64,000 bases of DNA from Cyanophora paradoxa CCMP329 (lineage: Eukaryota > Plantae > Glaucophyta), in assembly GCA_004431415.1 (NCBI GenBank), contig QPMI01000667.1, forward strand, positions 32,031 through 96,030, written 5' to 3'. A program made the position numbers and the translations under genes. Shown piece after piece: positions 24,385-35,247 of this stretch; position 1 is the stretch's first letter, and the number at the start of each line of letters is the position of its first letter. Under the pieces are notes generated by a model. That model made no database searches. It saw nothing but the letters and a program-made list of their open reading frames with translations, and was not told the DNA's origin.

Positions 24385-25658
24385 GGCCAGAACGCCGAGC
24401 TGCGCGCCCGTCCCCACGCAGCTGGCATTGGCGCCCCTGTACTTTCAAGCTTCCCCCCTCTGTAGAGTCCCTGTAATTTTTCTCGTAGCTCTGTATTCAT
24501 GCATGCGCATGTTTGAATCGTGAATCTCGAAAACTGCCGACTTGCCGAATGCTTCTGCTGCGCATGCGTTGAGCTCAAACGTTGACGCCGCCAAGGCCCA
24601 AGGCGCACGGTGGTCCGGGTACAGTGTCAAGTCCGTGATCGCCGAAGTTGAGTTCGTGCTCTAGACATGGCTCTCGGCGCTAAGCTGAACAGCGCTCGCT
24701 CTGTCAGCCGTTGCCCCAGCTAGCTGCGTGCGCTGCTTTGAAGCTTCCAGTCGGCTGTACTCGCCGAGCCGCGGGCACCAAAAGAGGCTGTGACCCTGCA
24801 GGTGCGCTGTGCTGGTATTCTATCTCGTTCCCTTTTCCTGACAGTCGGTTCCCTGATCGCGCAGGCGCACATCGAAGGACGACGCGCGATCGCGACCTCG
24901 CTCTTCAGCCCGCGCATTCGCTTGGCCCGCGTTGCTCATACATCCGCAGTGAAGATACTCTTCGTTTGAGCAATCTTTATCGCATCAACGAGTTCGACTT
25001 TGCGCGTCGTCCGACTCTTCAGCTCCCGATCCCGAGCGTCCCGAGTCCGATCTCGCATCCCGCATGGATGGGGTGAGCGCCCGCCCCACCCACGCGACGC
25101 GCGGCACCATTAAATGATGAATGCATAACATGGAATTACCGTCCTAGCCTCACGAAGGCCTGAGGATAACTTGCGGCTTTTTACTGATTCTGTGGCCAGC
25201 GCCTGCATAATTAGCCCATGCCCTTCGGCTCTCCAGCCGCCTCCTGACCGCCCTCCTGCCGCAGATGATCGATCTCCGGCATCCGCAGACTTCCGATCCC
25301 TCCGGCCGGCCTTGATCGGCATCCGCAGACTTCCGATCCCTCCGGCCGGCCTTGATCGATGCGAGCCCCTTGTTTAAGACAGTCGCAGTGCTTCTTGAAT
25401 ACACGCATCTTTGAATGCAAAGCGTCCACACACGCTGCTCCTCGCTTTGGCCCTACCACGAACTGTACTAGTACCACTAGTAGTACCACGACGTGATCCA
25501 TTTTCGTGGTCCATTCCACCCACGCAACGTTCCTCGTCCTTCAATAATACGAAGAGCGTGAATGATTTTCCAATGAGCTTTTTGATTGAATGATTGTTCG
25601 ACGAGCTTCTTGATTTCGAATGCATTAACAATCGAAGAGCCACCGTAGACATAAATAA

Positions 25659-28600
25659 TCAAGGGCGCAGCGGGGCGCCCCACCAGAACTTATTGCATGG
25701 GACGCACTGGAATTTGGTCCCCGGCTGGTTACCCCTCTGGCGGGCGGTTGTTAACGAAGGTGCACGCGTGCGGGCTGGGAGGGGGGCGCGCCTTGTCGTT
25801 CAGGCCCTCCTCGTAGTGCGTCGCCGGCTCGTGGCACTGCTTGCACTGCGCCCACGGCTGCGCGAGCACCCGCGGGTCCAGCGCTGCATGCTGCTGCACA
25901 GCCCGTCAGGCCCCGCGAGACGGGGGTAAGCAGGCCGAGACGCACCCCGTGCCGGCCTCCCTGCGGCTGCCGCCCGCCGCGGCCCTCGAAATTCCGAGGA
26001 CCGTCGCGCTCCCGCGGGGGCGGCTCCCACTCCCGGGGGCCCCCACCGCGCTCCCGGAACCCGCCGCGCTCCTGAAGCCCGTCGCGGTCCCGTGGGCCGT
26101 CCCTCGCGGGGCGGGGCCCGGGCAGGTCCCTCGGGTGCGGGGCGAGGGGGTCCATCGGGTGGGGCCGCGCCGGCCCCTCCCGCGGGGCGTCCCGGAAGCC
26201 CGACACCTCCTCGTCCGACCCCTTGCCCTTCGCCCACGACCGCTTCCGCTCCCGCTCCCCGGCGCCCGCCGCCGCCGCCGGCCCGCCGCCGCCGGCCGCC
26301 CCGGGGCCGCTGGCGCCGCCGCGGGGCGGCGATGTCGTGCCGGGGACCGAGACGACGCTCCGGGGCTGCGGGCGCGCAGCGGGGGCCGGCGCTGACGCCA
26401 AGGCCGCCGTGGACGGGGCGGCTGGCTGGGGTGGGGCGGGCGGGGCGGCGGCGGAGCCGAAGCCGAGCCTCCTCACCGCCTCCTCGGCCTCGAGGCGCGC
26501 CGCCCGCACCCGCGGGTCGTCCGGCAGCAGCCGCGGCGGCGGCGAGGGCGAGCGCCGCCCCGCGCCCCCGCCGGCGAGGTGCCGCCCTTCGCCGGCGGCG
26601 ACCGCGGCGGGCTCGCGCGGCGCGGGCTCCGTTTGCCGCGGGGAGGCGAGAAGGGCCGGCCGCCACGCGGGGCGAGGGGGGTCGAGCCCCGCGGGGGGCG
26701 AGGGGCGACCACCGCGCGGGGGCGAGCCAGGGCGGCCGCCGCGCGGTGGGGAGGGGCGGCCGCCGCGCGGTGGGGAGGGGCGGCCGCCGCGCGGAGGAGA
26801 AGCCAAGCGATTGCCGCGAGGCGGAGAGCCCGGGCGGCTGGCACGCGGGGGCGAGCCAGGCCGGACGCCGCGAGGTGGGGAGCCGGGGCGGCCGCCACGA
26901 GGCGGCGAGCCGGGCGGACCCCGCGAGGCGGCGAACCTGGGCGGCCGCCGCGCGGGGAGAAGCGAGCCGGGCGCCGCGCGGAGGCGAATTGAACCGGCCG
27001 CCGCGGGGAGGTGAGGTGGGCCGGCCGCCGCGCGGCGGGCTGCGATTACGCGGCGGGGAGAGGGCAGGCGGCCGGGGCCAAAGCGAGGGGGGCTCCGGCC
27101 TCGTGCGGGGCTCCGGCGCGGGCTGCGGCCGACAGGACCAGCGCGGGGCGGGCTCCGGCCGACAGGGCGGGGCGGGCCGCTGCTGAATCCGCCGGAGGCG
27201 CCCGGGAAGGGCAGCGCAATGCGCTTGCGGGCCGGGGAGGGGGAACGGTCGCCCCGGACGGGAGGCGAGGGCGAGCGGGGCGGCGGCGGGTGGGGAGCGG
27301 CTGCGGGGCTTGTCCGCGGGCGAGACGCGTGGCGCTCCGCGGGCGCGGGCGCCAGGCGAGCGCGAGGCGGGCCGGGCGCCGGGGCGGGCGCCTGGCGAGC
27401 GGGAGCTCCGACGGGGCGGCGAGGCGGGCCGGCGAGGCGGCGAGCGGGAGGTCCGGCGGGGGGCGGGGAGCGGCGGGGCGGAGAGCGCGGCCGCGGGGCA
27501 CTGTCGCTAACGGGGGAGAGGGGGCGCTTGCGCGGGGGCGAGGGGCGCCCGGGCCGGCGGTCCCGCCTCACGGGCGCCCTGCTCTCCTCCAGGGAGCGAC
27601 CCAGCTCCTCAAGTTCCTGCGGCGACGCTTAAGTCGGCGGCAGGCGGCGGGCGGGCGGGCGAGGATCAGGCCGCGCACAGCGTCGGACAGGGCGGCGAGC
27701 TTCGCGGGGGCCGTCGTGCCGCGGGCGACGGACCACGGGAGCTCCTTGAAGCGGGGGTCCCGCAGGGCGCCCTGCAGGGCCACCAGCCGCTCCGCGTACC
27801 GCGCCCGGTCCCCGCCGGCCACGCGCCACGCCTCCGCCTCGATCGCTGTCGCGGCCTCCTCCACCTGCTTCGTCATCCCTGCCGGCCAGCGCACGGCCCC
27901 GTCAGGGCTCCTCTAGCACGCGGCGCGAGGGCGGGCGGGGGTACCGGGAACGCGGTCGTCCAGGGCATTCGCGAGGGCCTTCCGATGGGCGGCCCGCGCG
28001 GCCGCCTCGTCGCCCTCTGAGCGGCGCAGTCGGCGGCGGCGGAGCGGCGGGCCCGGCTGGCATCCGCGGCGCACCGGGCAGGGGCGAGGCTGCGGCGGCG
28101 GCGCCCGGCTTGCCGGCGGCGGCGGTTGGGGCGGCCGGGGCGGGGGCGCGGCGACGCGGGGAGGGCTCGGGGAGGGGCGAGCGGGGCCGCGTGGCGCGCC
28201 CGAGGACGGGGCCGTCGACATACTTGCGGACGACGGCTCGACAGAGGTTGTCGAGCTCCCTGTCCGGGTGCTTCAGCATCGGATCCAGCATCTCCACCAG
28301 GTTCGTGCCCTGCCGCCACCCGCCCCGCGCGTCGGCCCTCCGAGCGCCGGCGCCCCCGCGCCGCGCGGCGGGCACCTTGACGACGTCCTTCGGGACGCTC
28401 GTGTCGCGCAGCTGGGCGAGGATCGGCACGACGGCCTCCTTCAGGGCCTGCGCCGCCGTCGGCCGCCGGGCACGGCCCCGCCCCGGGGCCGGCGGGGCAC
28501 AGCGCACGGGGCCCTCCAGCTTCAGCGCTGCCTCCAGCTCGTCCTTCAGGGCGAAGAAATCCGCGTGGGACGCCTGCATCGCCGGCTCGGCGCTCGGCGC

Positions 28601-30116
28601 GGAACCGCCGGTGGGCGGGGCCGCGCGGGGCCGCGTGGGGGCGGGCCTACCGCGTCCAGGGGCACGGCGGCCGCCGCGGGGGCTTGCGGGCCAGCAGAGG
28701 CGGCGGCGATGGACTGCGACGGGGCGTCAAGGAGGGCCCGCTGCCGGGAGCGCTCCGGGGGGCGCCGGGGCTCACCCGCCGGGCCGGCTTCTGGGAGGCG
28801 CGGGGCTCCTCCTCCTCGCGGCCGGCCTGAGGAGGGGGCTCGCGGGGGCGCGGGCGCCGCGAGGGGGGGCGGGCAGCTGACCGCGAAGAGGTCCTCCTCG
28901 CCCTCGCCCTCGTAGAGGACCTCCTCGGCGTCGGCCATGCTGAGCCACTCGTCGCCCTCGGCGAGCCGCTCCGGCGGCCGCTCCTCGCTCTCCTCCAGCA
29001 CGTCCTCGCCCACAGGCTCGCCCGACGACTCGAAGAAGCGCGAGACCGACTCGGACGACTCGAAGGCGCCCACGTCCGGCATCGACGCCGACGCCACCGG
29101 CGGCGGCAGCGGCACGCTCGAAGGCTCCTCGAACGCCGCGAGGTCGCCCGCGGACGACGGCAGCGCGTCCTGCGCTGCCCGCGCCTGGTGCTGCTGCTGG
29201 CTTCGGCGGAGCGAGTTGACCGAGGCCGGGGTGACGGCGACCGTTGCGGGGCGTGCGGTAGACGGGGAGATGCTCGCTCCGGGATCATCCTGTGCAACGG
29301 AGCGAACAAGGGAACGCGACGAGGCGCCGGGGTGAGACAACAAGAGGAAGAATGCCGAGTTTAGTGATCTCTTCTTCGTTAGACGATGCGGCAGGCGACA
29401 GCCAAGGGTGATGATGGTGGAAACGAGACTGATAACGAAAAAGGATGCACGTCTCCCCTAGTACCACGGTCGGCGAGCGCTGGGTGGACGCCGCATGGAC
29501 CGATGAACGTCGGTGCCCGGTCGAGGCGGATAAGAGTAACGCGGAAGCGTAAACGGGAGTACGACAGAGGACGATGAGCTACGGATGGGACGGATGGGAG
29601 CAGCGCGACGTCCCCGGAGACCCGCTCTGCCACATGTGACCCCAGGCTGCAACGAACTTGCCTTTGTTGGGTTGCGAAGGACGTCTGCACACCAAGAGAA
29701 GTTAGTTTGCGATCCTGCGCAGCCGGGCCAGGAACCCCGCACCGAGGCCAGCTGTCGAGGGTGCGCCTTCCGGCTCTGACATACGGGGTGACTCGATCAG
29801 GCGGCTTCCCGCTGTCGGAATGTTCTCGTGACGAAAACGCACTCTGCTTTGCGGACTTCGCCAGCTGCCGCTCGCTGACAGTCGCAGCGGCCTTCTGGAT
29901 CTTGATCTGGTGGCCGATGACCTTGATCCCCATTTCACTCATCTGATAACGCGTTAGCTAACAAAGAGGGCGCCATTCGTACGCGCGGACCATGTCTCGC
30001 GTGAGCATGGGCAGGTCATCCACCATCACTTCCTGTTCGACGAAGATCTGCGCGTACTTGTGTGCGACCGACGCATCGAGCCCCGCCTCCTCCAGGGCCC
30101 GCCTGAGCGCGTCCAT
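25659..30116 (-). CDS. TFIIS-like multidomain protein: probable N-terminal SAM, TFIIS-N, TFIIS central domain, SPPR-repeat region, and a TFIIS-C zinc ribbon lacking the acidic catalytic residues
   Basis: SAM-like: KYAQIFVEQEVMVDDLPMLTRDM|MSEMGIKVIGHQIKIQKA. TFIIS-N: ILAQLRDTSVPKDVVK|GTNLVEMLDPMLKHPDRELDNLCRAVVRKY. Central domain: RKALANAL...ATAIEAEAW...YAERLVALQGALRDP. Zinc ribbon: CKQC...CVPC..FW. Joining the SAM exons to the rest is inferred. Confidence 0.7.
26640..26960 (-). repeat. Coding minisatellite of GGRP(G)SPPR repeats (24-27-bp units)
   Basis: About nine imperfect copies are visible in ORF 25751..27571 (GSPPRGGRPGSPPRGVRPGSPPR...). Confidence 0.85.
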
Positions 30117-30374
30117 CTTGTCGCTTGTATGTACCCCCAACCCCCAAGTTTCGCGGCAAGTACAGCAAGTAGCAAGTACTAGCGACAACTTTCGGCGCAA
30201 TTAGCGGTCCCCGGTCCACGGTCCACCCGGCCGGCCGCGAACAACCCCGCCGGCCTAGGAGCCGCGCCGGCCGCGGGCTCCGATCCGCCCGTCCGGCACG
30301 CGGCTCGCGCGCTCGAGGAACAGGCTGGCGGTTCAGCGAGGACCGCGCGGCGGTTCGGCAGGCGCCTGCGGCTC

Positions 30375-31548
30375 ATGGAGATGCAGATAGGGTGCGCATG
30401 CGGCGGCAGCTAGGGTTTCGAAGGGGGCGCAACCGGCCGACGCGCACCCGCAGGGACATATGCGCATTGCCGGGGTGCAGGCAACTCGGTGCGCACCGCG
30501 CATCGTCGGCCGGGCTGCGCGCTGCGCCGGGCTCCTCCGACCCCAGCTACCTCCGCTGCCCGAGCCCCCTCCGACACCCCAGCATCCGCCGCTAATCACG
30601 AGCTGGCGCGCAGATTTCCTCCCTTTCAAATGCCCGCACTGCACGAAGAGGTACTGCTTGATCCACCGAGACGTTTTTGCACACGACTGTCCCGAGGCGC
30701 CCGAGGAGGTCCGGATCCCCGCCGCCCCTCTCTCAATCACGGCCGCCGCGCTGACGCCCGCGCAGGCGTACGTCGTGCCGGTCTGTCCCCTTTGCAACAA
30801 GGCGAGCCGCCCTGCCAGTGGCCCCGCTCGCCGCGCCCCCCCCCCCCCCCCCCCCCCCCCCCGCAGCCGCGCTGACCCACCGCTGCAGCCCGTCTCCTGC
30901 AGTAAAGGGGAGGTGACTTGGCCCTCCCACTCTCTCTCTCTCTCTCTTTCTAATTACGCTCCGCTGCGCTCAGGACCCCAATTCGAAAGTAGATGACCGT
31001 GCGCACTGCGCCCGCACCGCCCGTCTCGACGTTCGCCCGTAACCGGTACCCGCCCTCTACAGATATCGCGAACGGCTGTACTGTGAATGAGCCATCTCCC
31101 TACGTGAAATGCTCCCTCTCAAGCTGTAGTACTCGAGAGGTGAACCCCCGGCCGCCCTCTGCCCTCCCAGGTGCCCCTCCCTCTCCCCTGAGACGTGTGC
31201 CTGCAGCCCGTTCCGATGGTCTGCCGCCGCTGCCAGCTCCCTTTCTGTATACGGTGCGACCATCCAGGCCCTCGCAAACCCGACCCCCCGCGCCCCGCCC
31301 GAGCGAGCGGCGCGCCGCCGTGCACACGCAGGCATAGGCTCGACATGGACCACGCCTGCGTGGCGCTCCCCGTCAAGCCAGAGTCCGGGCCAGCCTCGCC
31401 GCGGCGGCTCCCCAGGACTGCCGCCTCGCCGGGGGACGAGCCGTATGAGCGCAAGGAGCGCCCATCGCCCTTCTCGGCCGCCTGCTGCCGCTGGTGCGCC
31501 TGCGGCTCCGACGGCAAGGTCGAGGCCGCCGCCTGCGCCATCATGTGA
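30375..31548 (+). CDS. AN1-type zinc finger protein (ZFAND2/AIRAP-like) with C-terminal CaaX
   Basis: MEMQIGDICALPGCRQLDFLPFKCPHCTKRYCLIHRDVFAHDC; VPVCPLCNK|PVSCSKGE|DPN; second AN1 finger CRRCQLPFCI|RHRLDMDHAC; ends CAIM*. Confidence 0.88.
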
Positions 31549-32205
31549 CCCCTGGCGCCGCCCTGGCCATGCCGTCGCCCTCAAGCCTTCAGGGCCTCGG
31601 TGGCCGGGCTTCGTGATTTGTGGCTTCGGCCTTGCCAGTTGTAGTTTATGCTCAAGATCTAGAGAGATTTCTCCAGGCATTTGAGGTGTATTTCCATATG
31701 ACTCAGTAGTAGTATTTTTCTTTAATAAATTTGAATTGCATGTGTGGTGAACTTCGAAAATTCTTTGCATGAGTTGTGAATTCGAAGTGAATTTAGCTTA
31801 AAACTTAGTTATAGTATACGTACGCGTATGCGTTAATATGCGAGGCTTCGAGCTACTAGCTGTAGCTGCGTAGGCCACTGGGCCAGCGCTAGCACTCGAG
31901 TTCACGAGGCGTGCCGCGGCGCGGCCGGCGCCCCGGCCGCCGGGCCGCGGCCGCGGCGCCGGCGGCGGGGCCTTCATCATGCATATGATCAAAGCTAGCG
32001 CTCAAGCTCGCCGATCGCGCGCCGCGTCGCGCGCGAGATCAAGATCAAGAGACTTGCGCTCGGTGCCAACGGACGTTAACGTTGACGCGTACGTTCACGC
32101 GCTCCAAGCCGACTCGATCCCGTACCCCCCGAGCTCATATGTTGCGCTCCCCGGGCCCCGTGCGGCATTCAGATCTAGGTACTGCGACATGAGCATAAGC
32201 TCAAA

Positions 32206-34161
32206 ATGAAGCCCGCCGTGCGCATAAACTATCTGTCCTTTAACCCCGACGGGACGGCTCTCTGTGTCGGCACCACGGGCGGATTCTCAATCTACTCGTG
32301 CTCCGCCAGCAGTTTTAAGCTCGCGTACGACTGCGGTGCGTGCGCGCAGCCGCGGTTGAGGGTCGGGATTTGTGCCGTCTGACTCTCTTCAGACGTCGGC
32401 AGCGTCGCAATAGCAGAGCTTCTGTTTTCCTCATCGCTCGTAGGCAAGGAAGCGCGTACGCGCCGCCGTTCTGCCGCCTGACAGTGCTCCAGCGCTCGTT
32501 GGCACGGGCGACGAGCCCTCGTTCTCCCCGCGCCGACTGAAGGTCCGCTGCACTGAGCTTTTGTTGGGCGTCGTGCGTTCCGTGCCGCGGCTGACCCCGA
32601 TCTCCTCGTTCCGCGCAGCTGTTCAACACAAAAACGTCCTCAATTGCGGGCGAGCTGCACCTGCGAGACGCCATCGTCGCCATACGCCTCAACCGAGATC
32701 GGTTTGCGCTTACCATCCAACTTCCGTGCTTTCTCTGCCTGCTCACCTCCGCCGCGAAGCCTCATCGCGGTTGCGGCCGAGAAGGTCCCTGCCGCGCGTC
32801 TCTGCGCCCTTGCGACCTCCTGACGCCCGCGCAGGCGTACGTGTACGATCTGCAGGACTTGCGCTGCCTCCAGGTCATCGAGACGGGCCAGAACCCGCGG
32901 GGCGCGCCGCCTCCAGTCCCCGGCCCGCCGGCTCGGCGCACCTAACGCGACGCGGCTGGGCAGGCATCTGCGCGTTCGCGCCGTGGAGCGAGGCGGCGTA
33001 CCTGGCGCTGCCGGGGGCTGGCCAGCCGGGGCGCGTGCTCCTCTGCGACGCCTCCCGCGCGGCCGTCGTCACGCCCGTCGACGCGCACCGCGCGCCCCTC
33101 TCCGCCCTCGCCTTCAGCGCCCGCGGCGACCTCCTCGCCACCGCCTCCGAGAAGGTCGCCGCCGGCGCCCCCGCCTCCCTTCCTCCGCTGAGCGGCGCGC
33201 AGGGGACGGTGGTGCGCGTCTGGTCGGTGCCGGCGTCGGAGAAGGTGTACACGCTGCGGCGGGGGGCCTTCCCCGCCTCCATCTCCTCCCTCTGCTTCCC
33301 CCCGCCGGGCTCCCCCGGCCCCGACCTCCTCGCCGTCGCCTCCAGCACCCGCACCCTCCACGTCTTCCGCCTCGGCGCCCCCTCCCCGCCCTCCGCCTCC
33401 CCCGCCCCGCCGCCCCCGCCCCCGCCGCCCCCGCCCGCGCAGCCCCAGGCGCCAGCGGAGGGGCCCGTGGCAGCGCTGACGGCGGCGGCGAGCTCCTTTG
33501 CGGCGCGCGCCTCGTCCTTCCTCGCCCGCTCCGCCGCCGCCGCCGCCTCCTCCGCCGCCGCCGCCGTCTCCTCCCGCCTCCCCGAGGTGCACCCCGCCCG
33601 CCGTTCCTCCTCGCGCTCGGAGGGCGCGTGACCGGCCTGGCCCGCCGCAGGCCTGCCGGGACTGGATGGAGTGCGGGCGGGACTTTGCGCACGTGCGGCT
33701 GCGGCAGGGCGGGCACGCCGCCGCGCCCCTGAGCCCCTTCTCCCGGGGCCAGGAGCCCTCCACGCCCCCGCGCGACCTCTCCGCCCCCTCCGCGGTGTAC
33801 CCCCCGAGCCCCAGCTTCTCCCCCAGCGATGTACCCCCCGCCTTCGCCTTCTGCCCCGCCGGCTCCGCCCCACAGGACGTTCTTCAGGTACCCCTTTCTG
33901 CCTTCATCACTTCCCCCGCCCGCCTTTCGCCCTCCAACCGGGGTACAGGTGATGGTGGCGACGGCGGACGGGCTCTTCGAGGGGTATGCGATGGACGCGA
34001 TACGCGGCGGGGAGGGCCGCGTTGTGGCGGAGTGCCGCCTGGCGCCCGGCGGGGGCGGCGGCTGGGCCGACCGGGGCGGGGCGGGGGCCCCCCCGGGGGA
34101 GCCGCCCGACGGGGCCCGCGCCAGCCCTGCGCAGGGCGGCACCGAGGGCTCCTTCATCTAG
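32206..34161 (+). CDS. ATG18: Autophagy protein ATG18/WIPI (PROPPIN beta-propeller)
   Basis: LSFNPDG..LCVGT..GFSIY, ELLFSSSLVALV, SPRRLK|LFN, IRLNRD, AHRAPLSALAFS..GDLLATASEKGTVVRVW, and the phosphoinositide-binding LRRG motif. Confidence 0.93.
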
Positions 34162-34495
34162 GCCCCGCCCCGCCCTGCCCCAGGGCAGATCTAGAGTGTA
34201 CAGGCAGGCGTTAGCGCTGTTTCACTGAACCGGCTGGAAGCCGATTCAACGGCACTGTACATGTATGGTTGTCCTATTCGAGAACAACGCGGGTCAGCTC
34301 GGCCTCGCCAAGTCAAGGGCGAGGGCCCTACACCATAAGGCTCAAGCTTGGCGCACATCGTCGCTTGGCTTTTGAAGGCTGCAGCTGCAGGAGGGCCCCC
34401 CGGGGCACGGGGGGCAGTGCTCCCCTGGCCCAGTGGTACGGGGCCGGGCTCCGCAACCGGGCTTCAGAATCCGAGGAGAATCCGAATGCCGCCGG

Positions 34496-34938
34496 CTAAG
34501 ACTTGGCGCGTTTGGTCGTCAGCTCCGCCTCGTACTGGGCGGCGACGTTGAAGGCCGGGAAGCCGTACCTGCGCGTGCACAGGGAGCAAGTTAGCGGCTC
34601 CGCATGCGGCGTCGCGAAGAATGGATATACGCACACGAAGGTCATCGCGCTGTACCATAGGTTACGATTCAGCGGCGCTCCCGCACGCGCCAGCTTGAAA
34701 AGGCACTGCGCGCGCGCAGCTTTAGCACAAGTCTGAAGACGAGCGAGCTCGGGAGGAGCACCACGAAGGCCTCTCCTGCATGAGCTGCTGTCGCAGCCCA
34801 AAAGATGAAACCAACGACGGGCGCTGAAAGTTGGAAGATGCCGAGGTCCACGCCAGCACCGCGCTCCTTTAGCCAGTAGAGCACGCCCATCATCGCCGGC
34901 AGCGCCGCCCACGGGGCGCTCGGCAGCAGCGGCGCCAT
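34496..34938 (-). CDS. Small membrane protein, TMEM254 (DUF4499)-like
   Basis: IFWAATAAHAGEAFVV|LARAGAPLNRNLWYSAMTFV|YGFPAF resembles the W..H..EA / W...T...G pattern. The start is uncertain. Confidence 0.5.
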
Positions 34939-35247
34939 CGAACTAGCGCGGTATAGCAGCAGCGGCGCTTGGCAGCGGCACGCTCGGTTAGCGGAAGTTG
35001 GTACCGCAACCAGGGTACAGCGGCAGTTTTGGCGGAACGAACAGCGACGCTGGGGAGCCCGGCAACCGGTTCTCGGCATTTTAACATTCTACTGGACAAC
35101 CAAGACAAAGCGACGTCCCCCGTCCCGAAGTAGCACGGCGCTCGCTACCCGCCGGCGCGCGCTCCCGGCGGGAACGTGTCAGTGGCTGAACTTGTGACGT
35201 CTGTAGCCGCTGTCTGTCCGTAGCTGAGCCCTAGAAGAGCGGCGAAG

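Noticed and set aside
24700-25650. Short ORFs and a 39-bp tandem duplication (~25277-25358) between argD and the TFIIS-like gene
   Set aside because: No coherent exon chain or recognisable product; treated as UTR or intergenic.
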